Shown here: positions 15,248 through 27,780 of the stretch, piece after piece
Layout: every line of letters starts with the position of its first letter
Numbering within the stretch: the stretch's first letter is position 1
Source: the human T2T-CHM13v2.0 reference genome, Homo sapiens
Strand: one strand, 5' to 3'
Assembly: GCF_009914755.1 (NCBI RefSeq)
Contig: NC_060947.1
Length of the DNA: 64,000 nt
Notes under the pieces: generated by a model
Told to the model about the DNA's origin: nothing
The model's database searches: none
The model's input: the letters and a program-made list of their open reading frames with translations, nothing else
Program-made: the position numbers and the translations under genes

Positions 15248-15617
15248 GGTTCTCACTTGTATGTGGGAGCTAAAAAGTTGATTTCACTCAAGTGGAGAGT
15301 AGAATGATGATTACCAGAGGCTGGGAAGGGGGCGCTAAAGAGAGGTTGGTTAATGAGTATAAACATACAGTTAGATAAAAGGAATAAGTTCTAGTGTTTA
15401 ACAGCAGAGTAGGGTAACTATAGTTAACAACAATTTATTGTATACTTCAAAATAGCTGGAGGAGAAGTTTCGAAATGTTCCCAGCACAAAGAAACGATCA
15501 ATGTTTGAAGTAATGGATGCCCTAAATACCCTTATTTGATCATTACACCTTGTATATATGTATCAAAACATCAGACATACCTCATAAATATGTATGATTA
15601 TTATGTATTAACAAAAG
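15248..15617 (+). mobile_element. L1MA4/5-like 3'UTR fragment inserted antisense to host L1
   Basis: ttctcacttgtatgtgggagctaaaaag...aatgttcccagcacaaagaaacgatcaatgtttga. Confidence 0.85.
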
Positions 15618-15890
15618 ACTGTACTTTACCCATGGAATAGTCTTGGCATTTCTATCAAAATTCAATTGACTATAGATATGTGGGTTTATTTATGAACACT
15701 TTTTATGATTTTACCACACTTTTTTTTATTACTGTAGCTTTTTAGTAAACTTTTAAAATGGTAAGTGTGACCCCTCCATCTTTGTTCTTTATTAAGATTG
15801 TTTTGCCTATTTGAGGTCTCTTTAAATTCCATATTAATTTTAGGATCAAAATTTCTATTTATGCACAAAAATATTACTGGGATTTATCTC

Positions 15891-16024
15891 TTTGAGACAG
15901 AGTCCAGGCTGGAGTGCTGTGGCGTAATCGTAGCTCACTGTAACCTCAAACTCCCGGCCTCAAGTAATCCTCCTGTCTCAACCATCTGAGTAGCTAGGAC
16001 TACAGGTGTGTGCCACTACACTCA
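15891..16024 (-). mobile_element. Alu monomer (FRAM/AluJ right arm)
   Basis: tttgagacagagtccaggctggagtgc...gtagctaggactacagg; flanking atta(c/t)tgggattt TSD. Confidence 0.85.
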
Positions 16025-16402
16025 ATTATTGGGATTTTGATAGAGATTGCATTTAACCTTTAGATCAATTTGGAGAGTTTTGCTGTCTTGATGATATTCT
16101 TTCAGTTCATGAATGCCAATGTCTTTTCATTTGTTTAATTCTTCTTTAATTTCTTTTAACAATGTTTGCAGTTTTTAGTGTACAAGTCTTGCACCACCTT
16201 GGTTAAATCTATTGTTAAGTATTTCTTTTTTTGATGCTATTATGAGTGAAATTATTTTCTTGAGTTTCTTTATGGATTGTTCATTTTTAGTGCACAGAAA
16301 TGCAACTGATCTTTTAATGATGATCTTGTATCCTGGAACTTTTCTTAATTTATTAGCACTAAATTTTTGTGGATACTGTAGGATATGTAAGACCATGTTA
16401 TC

Positions 16403-16770
16403 TGTATTAGTCCATTTTCACTCTGCTATAAAGAAGTGCCCAAGACTGGGTAATTCATAAAGGAAAGAGGTTTAATTGACTCACAGTTCTGCATGGCTGG
16501 GGAGGCCTCAGGAAACTGACAATCATGGTGGAAGGGGAAGTCAGCACCTTCTTCACAAGGCAGCAGGAGAGAGAAGAGTGAGGATCAAAGGGGGAAGAGC
16601 CCCATATAAAACCGTCAGATCTCATGAGAACTTACTATCACGAGAACAGCTTGGGGGAACCACCCCCAAGATTCAATTACCTCCCACCAGGTCTCTCCCT
16701 AGACACATGAGGATTATGGGGATTACAATTCAAGATGAGATTTGGGTGGGGACACAGCCAAACCATATCA
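16403..16770 (-). mobile_element. THE1 (C/D) MaLR solo LTR
   Basis: tgtattagtcc...gggtggggacacagccaaaccatatca; perfect 5-bp TSD ttatc. Confidence 0.93.
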
Positions 16771-17132
16771 TTATCTGAGAATAGAGATCATTTTACTTCT
16801 TCCCTTCCAGTTTGGATTCTTTTTTTCTTTTTCTTGTCTAATTGCTCTAACTAGAATCTCTAGTACAATATTGAATAAAAGTGACAATAGAAAGCATCCT
16901 TGTATTGTTCTTGATCTTAGGTGAAGAGCTTTTAGTCTTCTACCATTGAGTGTGATGTTCATTGTGGGTTTCTCATAAATGTTCTTTATCACGTTGAAGA
17001 AGTTCTCTTCTATCCCTCCTAGTTTCGTTTTTATTATGAAAGGGCATTGAATTGTATCAAATGTTTTTCTGCATCAACTGAGCTAATCATGTGGGTTTTA
17101 AAATTTATTCTATTAACGTGGTTATTACATTG

Positions 17133-17503
17133 TGTAACGGACTGAATTGTGTGCCCCAAATCCACATAGTGAAGCCTTAACCTCCAATGTGAGTGCATTT
17201 GAATATAGGGCCTTTAAGGAGGTAATTATAGTTAAATGAGGTCATAAGGGTGGGACCCTAATTCAATGCTACTGGTGTCTTATTAGAAAACGCAAATACT
17301 CTCGGAATGCCTGTTCACAGAAGAAAAGTCATGTGAGGACACAGCAAGAAGGTGGCCATCTGCAAGTCAAGGAGAGGGGCCTTACAAGAAACAAAAACCA
17401 ACCCTCTCAATATCTTGTTCATGAACTTTCAGCCTTAAATTTCTTCTGTTTAAGCCAACCAGTCTGTAGTATTCTCTTACGGTAGCCTTAGCTGACTAAT
17501 AAC
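17133..17503 (+). mobile_element. MLT1A-type MaLR solo LTR
   Basis: tgtaacggactgaattgtgtgcccc...catgtgaggacacagcaagaaggtggccatctgcaag...gactaat; TSD cattg. Confidence 0.88.
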
Positions 17504-18099
17504 CATTGATTAATTTATTTTTATAATGAAACCCTTGCATTCATTAGACAAATCTCAATTGTTCATGACGTATAATCTTTTTGATATGCTGCTAGATTTG
17601 GTTTGCTAGTATTTTGTTGAAGATTTTAGCATGTATATTCATAAGGGATATTGGTCTATAGTTTAGTTTTTTGAAGCATGTTTATAATGGCTAAGTTTTA
17701 GTTTCTGGAGAATAAATCTGTCATCTGGGCTCCCTCAGGGTAAATGTCTATTGACTGCTTTCCCCCTCCCTGTATGTGGGCCATATATTTTTGTTTCTTC
17801 AGACATCTTAATTTTTGATTCTAAACTGAACCTTTATAATAATATAATATGGTAACTATGAAAATCAGATTCCTTCTCTCCAGAATTTATTGCTATTACT
17901 GTTTATTGGTGTTTTGCTTTTGTTCATGTTCATCTGTTTAGTGGCTTTCCTAGACAAGTTCTATAAAGTTTCTATTATCTTTCATGGGCAGCAATTGAAG
18001 TCTCTGTTTCATCACTGTAGTGGTAAGCTAATAAGTCAACAAAGATTTTTCTTAAATGTTGTGAACCAAATCAACAACTCTTCCACCCTTTGCTTAGAG

Positions 18100-18328
18100 C
18101 AAGCTTGTCCAACCCATGGCCTGTGTGCTGCATGCAGCCCAGGACAGTTTTGAATGTAGCCCAACACAAATTCATAAGCTTTCTTAAAACATTATGAGAT
18201 ATTTTTGTGTGTTTTTTTTTTTCTTAGCTCATCAGCTGTTGTTAGTGTTAGTGTATTTTACATGTGGTCCAAGACAATTCTTCTTCTTCCAGTGTGGTGC
18301 AGGGAAGCCAAAAGATTGGCTACCACTG
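18100..18328 (-). mobile_element. MER30 (hAT-Charlie MITE)
   Basis: caagcttgtccaaccc...ccaagacaattcttcttcttcc...gggaagccaaaagattgg. Confidence 0.88.
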
Positions 18329-18334
18329 CTCTTG

Positions 18335-18337
<3 letters not shown>

Positions 18338-18387
<50 letters not shown>
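18338..18387. repeat. (GT)25 microsatellite
   Basis: Perfect GT run. Confidence 0.98.
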
Positions 18388-18390
<3 letters not shown>

Positions 18391-20199
18391 AGGGTACCTG
18401 TTTAAACGTTCCAGCAGTTGGCAACTCTGCCTTAGCTTTTACTTCCTGCTTGTGCAGGGCTTCCATATTAGCCCTAGGTGATATATTAGTGCTCTCTGAG
18501 GACTTTCCTTGGCATGTTCACATTTCTATGTACATGCATGGCCTTCTAGATACCCAGGACTTTGTTGGAGTTTTTCAAAACACCCCACGGGCATCCCATT
18601 TCCCAGTTTTGCCTCTAAAGGTTTTGGCTGGCTTCTTTTTTCTCAAATTGATATTTCTGTATCAGGCAGCTGCACTATTAAGCAATTGTTGCTGATCGTT
18701 TTTACCAAACACCTTGTGGATAGGGTTATTTGCCGTGGACAAGATGTGAGTCAGGTCAAAGAAAGAAAAGCCCTGAGAATGGCACTTTTCTGCATGCTGC
18801 CAACTAACTAGGTCCAATAGTGACACTTCTCTAGGGATGGGCTTTGGGGGAGCTCCAATCCATTCTTCCCTTTCCACTGGCTGCTGGGCAGCTGATTTTC
18901 AAGGCTGCTGTTGAGGAAAGAAAGATGTGAATAGGGAAAGTGAAAGCGCCACAAAGCTCTCTGTTCTTATCAAGATTCAGCTGTTTTACTTGAATAAAAT
19001 GCTCCATGGATTTTTGCAAGCCTTTAGTTAATTTCCAGAGTTCTGAAAAAGTTGATTTTGACAACTTTTGCCAGTGATTTCCTTGCCTTCACAGAGGGGT
19101 GTGTTTTTGGAGATTTTTACCCTGCCATTGTGCAAATACTTTTCTTTTTCTATTGCATTTTGGTTCTAGATCCATATTGTCTCTGTGGCCTTGGGAAACT
19201 CACATTACTTCCTTGGTCCCTCTTCCCCTGTACAACATAAAGGAGTCTGGAGGTGTAAAGGGTAGATAATCTCAAGATTATTTTTCTTACTGAGTAAGAA
19301 ATTTTAGCAACACTGAATTGGAATGCATGTCATAATTGAATCGTAAGACAGAATTGTATCACAGTTGAATTTTCAGTGTTAAAAAAATTCTTATTGGTAT
19401 GTAACATAAGAGAGTATCTTACATATGTGGCATCTTAGATTCTATAAGGTACATTAAGTTAGTCCTAGTCAGAAGGCTTTAAAGCATGAAATTACGGCAA
19501 GCTAATTCAACCTTTTTGATTAGGGTGATCAGATTATATTATATTTTTTCCCTTCAGGTCTTGGACCCAGGCTGAAGTATTGTTAGACTATACAAGACAC
19601 TTCCTTCTCTAAAAACCTCATAGCTTGGAAAAAGAGGTGGAGATGAATTGTAAACCTCAACCTGTTGGTTTTGTAGTCTTAGATCATTACAACTGGCAGG
19701 AATCCTAAAGATCAATGTCCATCCACCTTTTTGTGTACACTGAAACACTGAGGCCCAGCTTGGCAAAAGGTCTTCTCAAGGTTGCTCAGAGAGTTAGTGG
19801 CAGAATGGATTTGAAACTGTGGTATATATGGCAGGCTGCCTCTCTTTTTATTCCTTCCCTCTCAACTTCACATTTATCTGCATATCATTTTTCAAACCAT
19901 TCTAAAGGCATTCACCCCACCTTAATGGGCAGTTAGAATGGAGACAGCTACATATTTTTAAAAGTCATTAAATTATGTTTGTATTTCAAGTAATGTGATT
20001 CCCATTTAGAAATGAGTAAATATGCCAAGATAAGCCAGAGCCTTTTTGCAGACCAGGTTCTCCACCTTTCAGGCCCCAGCCAGATCACTGCTGATGAGTA
20101 GGGGTGGGGCGGGTGAGCTGGCAGCAGCCTTTGTTAACTCTTAGCAGTAACCCAAATGTTTACCAGTCATTGGGTTAGGAGATATGGAATACAGAAATA

Positions 20200-20905
<706 letters not shown>

Positions 20906-22319
20906 ATGTAGTGCTTAAGAAAAGCAGGACAACAGACCTTTAAACGCAGAAGAGGCTAAGTAGCAATAAAGACTATGGGAATGAATCCACGAAGAGAAAA
21001 ATATGAGAGCCTGGACAAACTGAGCAGTGCTGACCAGGGGAAGGTAGAATGTCACTCTGTGATGAAAGCTCCTCTGGCTTTCTTGAAGGCTCCTGTGCAA
21101 GAATATGGGGTGGGTCTTGAAAGCTTAAGGGCCAGTACCCCAGAAGAGGGCACTGTCTTTTGCCCATACATTGGCACACTCCCGCAAACAACACCTAGCA
21201 TGGTGCCCCCAATAAATGCTCTGTAAATGTTTAATGACTAAATAATGATAAACAGACATGCAGCTATTAGTCATTCATTAAGAAACACGTTTTTCACATA
21301 ACACAGCAGAGGCAAAAACTGCATGATGTCAGGCAAATCTCCAAATTAATATTTCAGAAAGAAACACTTCATTTACAACACTATGATATCATCAAATAAA
21401 TATATACTCAAAGATATTACTCGCTCAGCTATATTTCCACAACTTCCCCTGAGTTTGGGGGAAGATTTGCCTCCAAGCTCAGTACACTCTAAAAGATTTA
21501 TCACGTTAAAATTACTTCTCATCTTTATGAAATGATGAAACCCAAATTTACATTGAAAGAGTCTGGAGCAGTCAGCCTTAATCTAGTTCTCGCTCTGGCA
21601 CTGACCAGCCATAGGATGCTGAACAAGTCTAGTCTACTTCACTCTCCGAAGCCTCCATCTGTACAATCCATACAAAATCTCTTCCAGATTTAAGAGTAAT
21701 GCCTCCACAGGTTGATGAGAGCTACAATAAGCCTCTGTGTTACCTGTTAAAAATATAGATTCTTTGCATTCCTGCCCAGGGCCCTCTCTCCACTGAGGTA
21801 TCTGGTATTGAATACGCAAATCACCATTCCCCAATAGTGATTCTGCTTGTATTGACCCTCATGGGTCAGAGTCACTGCAGAAGGGTTAGGAGGACAGATT
21901 TACCTTTAGATAGATGCACCAGGACTGGTGGTGGGGACAGAAGACCTCCCTCAGGTCAGTAGTGACTGCCACACATTAGAACCCTCCTCAAAAATATCTC
22001 CCCCATATTCCACCAATTGGAGAGATACTGAGGTTGATCAATGTGTTTGCACGTACATGGAAGTCATTAACTCATTGGCGTCTGCTGCTTTAATCAACTC
22101 TACATGGAAAGTAATGCTCTCACTCGGTCAAAGTTCTGTTGATTTCTTTTCAGAAAGGAGAAGACAGTAATAAGATAAAGAATACAAGGAGGTGGAGAAA
22201 GAGGGTTGTTCATTCCAGCATATATCAGTTCCTCCTCATCAGTGTTTCTGCTTTTCTTGACTTGTTTCACCTCCTTCCTTTCAATCTAAGTTATGGACAC
22301 CCCAAAATTATATTTTCCT

Positions 22320-22692
22320 CTATATTAGTTAGAGAAAATAAAGCTAGCTTCTGTATCTCAAATTTCAATGACTTAACACAAAAAGGCTATTTCTAACTCA
22401 TGTCACCATCCAATGCAAATATTCCTGGTTGAGCAGTTCCCACATTGTCATCCAGGACCCAGGCTCCTCTAAGTCCTCAGAGTTCTATGCACTAATCTAA
22501 TACATAGGAAAAGGGAGTGAGGATCAAAGACTCATTATGAGCTAAGTCTAGACACAGTGCACATCATTTCCTCTCACATTTTATGTGGCATAATCATGTG
22601 GCCGTACCTTATTGCAGCCTGGGAACTATAGTCAAGTGTGCCTAATATGATTAGAACATGAATGTTGGTGAGTGCTAAGGGTCTCTGCCACA
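22320..22692 (-). mobile_element. Old MLT1 (K/L-like) MaLR LTR
   Basis: aatttcaatgacttaacaca...gtcatccaggacccaggctcc...catcatttcctctcacatt...gtctctgccaca. Confidence 0.65.
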
Positions 22693-23117
22693 TCCTCCAG
22701 AGTCAAGGGCCTCCATTCATTGGTCTTCAGTCAGGATTGCAAATCACCAAGTCATTGAAATAAATCTGAAGATGAGTAAAAACTTAGGGAGAACATGTGG
22801 GGATCCTGAAACTGACCACAGCATGACTAATACCTCCTCTAAATAACCGAAAAGGAAATATTCAGGCCACAAATTAGAGGTTATTTGAATGAAGACAGAA
22901 CTTTCTACTGACAGGAGCTGCTCTCTGACAGTAAAGTACTCAATAGCTGAGTCACATAATTAGAGGTGAATGACAGGTGATACAAGTCATGTACTCCTCC
23001 TCTCAGCCTATAAAATTATGCTGCTGCTTAGGGGAAGTTAAGAAATGAGACCACTGTGAGATGTGGGAGAGGTTGTAGCATTCCTCATGTGTCTGCAGAC
23101 ATATTTCTAGGCTTTGG

Positions 23118-23352
23118 GAGGCAGTGGGTTTAATGAAAAGAGAGCAGGTAGACAGTTTGGTTTTAAGCTTTTGGCTTGTCTTACACCAGATATACGGCCT
23201 TAAGAAAGTAACTCAGCCTCTCCAAGCCTTGGTTCTCTCATCACTAAGATGGGTATAATAACAATACTTTTCTCACAGAGTGGCTGAGAAAGGTCAATAA
23301 TTTGTGTAAAAGTGATTGGCTTGAAACTTGGCATAGAGTAGGTGCCCAATAA
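23118..23352 (+). mobile_element. MIR SINE
   Basis: gaggcagtgggtttaatgaaaagagagc...tggcatagagtaggtgcccaataaa. Confidence 0.7.
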
Positions 23353-24639
23353 AGGGTCTCTTTTAAAAAATATTGGCAGGCTAATTTCTAAATGTGGGGC
23401 CTGCTGTTCTAGCCTGTCCTCATCTCTCATATACTCCACCAGGTAAAGGCAAAGAGAGGAGGCAATGAGTTTGAGAGCTAACAGGGACTTGCAGGCTATT
23501 GCAAGGGCTTTGGCTGTTATTCTGAGTGAAGTGGAGGAACTCTTGGGGATAATATTAGCACTTACCTCACAGGTTTGTTTAGAAGATTAAATGAAATAAT
23601 ATATGTCAATGCTTAATCCAGTGACTGGCACATGCACATCAGCTATTATCATACACAACACTGATATTATTTATTACTCCTCTTTTGAAGAGATGAAAGT
23701 GGTAATGGCTGGGTGAGGAGAAACGGAAAGGAAATTGTGGAGTCCCTCTGGCTGACCTCAGTCTTCTCAGTCATGTAGAGGGTGGGGTAGGGGTGCAATG
23801 GAAGGCTTGAGGCCAGTCACAAAGGCCTGTCAATGCTGCCATAGTCAATGCTGTTTTCCTGAGTCCAGCCTCATAGGAAGATAGTTGAAGACAGGATGAG
23901 ATCATGCCTTGAAAGTTCCTTGTGCTCCAGCAGAGAAAGATGTCCTGCACATTTAAGTCACTATTATTCTGAAAGCCAAATGCCAGGCTTTGAAATGCAG
24001 CCTGCCTCTCTTCAATATCTAGTTATGTTTCCACAGCACAGGAAGAAAGAAAAAAATACCAACTGTTTATATGCAGTAGTATTTCTGGTAACTGAACTTA
24101 TTAGTTTAAAAGGCAATATTTACAGAGCTCACAAAATAGCATGCTTTCTGTCCACAGAGACCTGTTTTAATTAAAGCTCTACCTTTAAAATTCATTAAAG
24201 TAATCAGTTCTAAGAGACTAGGAGCCTGCATATTAGATTTCAACATATGACTGCCACATATTCCCTTCCACAGGTGCAGGAGGCAGTGATTTAAGCAATT
24301 GTAAAGATCTCTTTTTTCATCTGATTTCAGTTTTATTTAAAGGCACTGACTGGCTAGCCTCAGGAAGTTCACTTTTTTATTAGGCACGAATAGCTCAGTT
24401 GCCTATTATGTAGATTACCTCACTATTATTGTCACCTGGGCAGAGCCATGACTCAGAAACTGGTCCAGGGGAAGAGGGAATGGAAAGGGGGCAGCTGACT
24501 GTTGAGAGACAAAACATCACCATATTCCCCTGCCACAAAGAGGTTTTGCTCTTATACCATAGATCCCTGGTTGTGCATGGAAGAGGGATGGCTGGAAGAG
24601 CTTAGTGGGATAGCTTAAAGTAGTGATGTTATAATAACT

Positions 24640-25062
24640 CTAACAATAGCAATTACAACAACTATTATTAATGCAATGCATGGAACATTTACTATGTGTT
24701 AGGTATCCACATTACGTTTTGTGAGTCTTATGGCAACCCTATGGGGTGGACCGTTTTGTCATCCTCATTTCTTACATGAGACTCAGAGAGGATAGGTCAC
24801 TTGCCAAAACCCACAGAAAGATTAAGTGACAGGGAAACAGTGTAGGAGGAAAATGATTGGCTTTGGAATTCAGTTATGTCCACTTTCTAGATGTGAGCTC
24901 TTGGGCTTCATTTTTCTAGGCTTTTGTTTGCTTGTATGTAAAATGGGCATGACTATATCTGCTTTTACAGGGTTGTGGCAAGAATCAAATCAGGTAACAC
25001 AAGTAAAACATTTAGCACAGAGCCAGGCACAGAAGACACGCCCTGTATGGGGTAGCAATTAC
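24640..25062. mobile_element. Two adjacent MIRs in divergent orientation (minus 24640-24820, plus 24830-25062)
   Basis: actcagagaggataggtcacttgcc (reverse core), then tgtaaaatgggcatgac...gggttgtggcaagaatcaaat (forward). Confidence 0.7.
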
Positions 25063-25587
25063 CATTATGAGACGGTGAATCATGAAGCTAGGCCTCCAAC
25101 TGCCTGAGAACCAGTACCCTGGGCCTCAGTTCCCTCCCTGGCAACCCTGACTGGGAGACCAGAGTGGAGGGCTGGAATGGCGCCCCGTAAAGGGAAGATA
25201 GGGATTTAAATCAGCTTGTGCTAGAGACATAGAAGAGCCCTGAGGGTGAGGAAGCTGTGGCAGCAGATAACAGTCAGCTCTTCTACTCACAGAGGAAGTG
25301 GAACAAAGCTTTCATGGAAGGCACTAAGGCAGGTATCCTAGGTCCAGGCTGACAGCAGAGAACAATGAGACCAGGAAGAGGACAACTGGGCTTTGAAAGG
25401 GGCCCCAGCCACTTCTCCCAGGGAAACAACTTGTTGCTGCCAGGTGGAAAGATTAAGAAAGGTCCTTGATGGCAATCTTGTCCAGCCTCCTCAGTTTCCA
25501 CATGGGGGTACCAAGGCCCCGTGGTTGTAATTCACATAGTTGTAAGTCTATTCCATTTTCTTTAATGTCCAGAGAGCAAATCTCCAC

Positions 25588-25850
25588 ACCGGAGTTCAAG
25601 ATGACTCTGCCACCTTACTAGGTGTATGACCTTGATAAAAATAACCTAATCCCTTTATGCTTCAGTTCCCTCATGTATAACGTACATTACATTATGCATT
25701 ATTCTTCATGTATACATTATCCCTCAATATACATTATTCCTCATGTATAATGAAGCACATACTTCACAAAGTTTTTCAAGGATTACATTAGACAATGTCT
25801 GTAAAACCCTTAGCACAGTGCTTGGCGTCTGGTAAGCATTCAATATATAG
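25588..25850 (+). mobile_element. MIR with internal ~18-bp tandem expansion
   Basis: ctctgccaccttactaggtgtatgaccttg...ttagcacagtgcttggc...aagcattcaat. Confidence 0.78.
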
Positions 25851-26419
25851 GAGCTTCCTCTTACTTTTCTCAAATTCTGTGAAACTTTACTTCCTATTAT
25901 AGCTATCATAGTCACCTTCTCTGGTGTTCCTTACCTCTGCTGTTCCTAAAAGCTATCAGTCAAAGCTTGCCTAGATGCCTGCTGTGCTCAGTCCTGTTAC
26001 CTGTGGCAGTTAGGTCTTCACTACTAATGTCCACAATGGGGAGGTGCTTATTCTGTGAGCCTCTGGCAAATGGAGGGCCTGCCTCAGTGTTTTTGTTCTG
26101 GGAGCCCATCTGTGACAGAGATGAGCTTCAGAAGTCCCCTCTGGATAGGCCTGCCTTGCCAGCTATGGCTTCTCTTGCTGAGAATATGGAATGTACCTCT
26201 TGCAGGCTTGGCATTCAGTTGCAGGCTTCTACCTACCTTTCTCATTGTCCCTGAGGCAAGGCTAGTGCCTATTCCTGAACCCAACTCACAAACTCCTTCA
26301 CTGGGCACTGAGGTTGGCACTGAAACTACAGTGGTAAGAAAAATAGACACTGTTTCTGCCCTCAGTGATCTGGAATGATAATTGATTAAACAAGAAATAA
26401 ACACAAGGTGATTAGAGCT

Positions 26420-27780
26420 ATTCATTTATTTATTTAACCAATATGGATTGAACCCATATTTTGTACTAAGTGCTATGCTAGGTGTTAGAAATATGATGTG
26501 AATCAAAAGCAGACACTGTCCCTGGCAATATGATACTTAGTCTAGTAAAGGCGACTGCGTAATTGTAATTATATATACTTCATGTCGTAATTTCTTGCTT
26601 GACAACTAGGTGACAGAAAAAAAGGAACAGGTTGCTAAGACAGCAGATCCTGACCCAGCCTGGAGTTTCAGGGGGCCTTCTCTATGGAAGTAACGTTTGA
26701 CTTGAGCTCTAAAGAATGCAGAGTTATCCAGGCAAAGGCAGTAGGAGGCAGGATTGTGGGTTGGAGAAACTATTAGAGGCAGAGGAAACATGAGGGAAGG
26801 CCTTAAGGAAGAAAAGCATGTGGCATATTTAAGAAATTGAGATATGATTAGTGCGTCTGAGGCTAAATTAGCAAAAGAAGGAACGGTACAAAATGAGGTG
26901 ATGAGGTTAATGGGCTCAGATCACACGAGGCCTTGTGTTCGTAATAAGGAGTTCAGACTTTCTTTTAGTGGCAATGGGGAGCTGTTGATGGATTTTAAGC
27001 CAGAGAGTGTCAAGATTGGACTTATGTTTTTTAAAGAACTAGCTACTATGCAAAGAATGGATTGCGGGAAGGCAAATCAGAGGGAAAATTGCAGAGACGA
27101 GTTCAGATGCTATTATCCAGTGAGAGATGATGGTAGCTTAGACAAAGGGGGGTGTTTAGAGGGAATGACAGAAGTGGGTTGATTTGAGAAGATATTAGAG
27201 TTATAATTGAAAACACTTGATGATGAATTGGATGTGGAGTGTGAAGGAGAGGCAGGTGTTGAGAATGACTCCTTGCTTTCAGGCTTGCACACTGGGTGGA
27301 TGGTGGTGACATTCACTGAGATGGGAAACATGGGAGGAAAAGCAGTGGAGCAGGGTGAGAGGAAGATGTGTTCATTTTGAGATATGTTGAACTGAGGTGT
27401 CTTTAAGACATGGAAGTGAACAGGTCCATATATAGATCTAGAGCTCAGAAGAAAGGTGCAGACTAGAAATAAAAATCTTGTTGCTGTCATTTCAGCACCA
27501 AGGTGATAACTGAAGCCAGGGAGTGAATGAATTCACCTAGGGAGAATGGAAAGTGAGCACAAAAGAGGACCAAAGGCAGAACTCTGATCATCTCCAATAG
27601 TTAAGTCAGGTAAAGGGGGATAAACTGAGAAGACTGAGCAGAAGCCACCAGAAATAGAGCTAGGATAGAGAATGCTTCAAGGAAGGCCTGGTCAAGGGTA
27701 GTTCCTGGGACAGATGTCAAGTAAAATGAAGACTGAAAAATATCCATTAGATTTAGCAACATAAAGATAATAGGGCACGC
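26420..27780 (-). mobile_element. L2 LINE 3' portion
   Basis: tcatttatttatttaaccaatat 3' end; ggcaatggggagctgttgatggattttaagc; gagaatgactccttgctttcaggcttg; ccattagatttagcaaca. Confidence 0.85.

Noticed and set aside
19270-19452. Possible MER104/Tc2-like MITE end (gcatcttagattct)
   Set aside because: Only one terminus is recognisable; not enough to call.
19535-19645. Strong acceptor ttttttcccttcag at ~19557
   Set aside because: No convincing matching donor; expected by chance.
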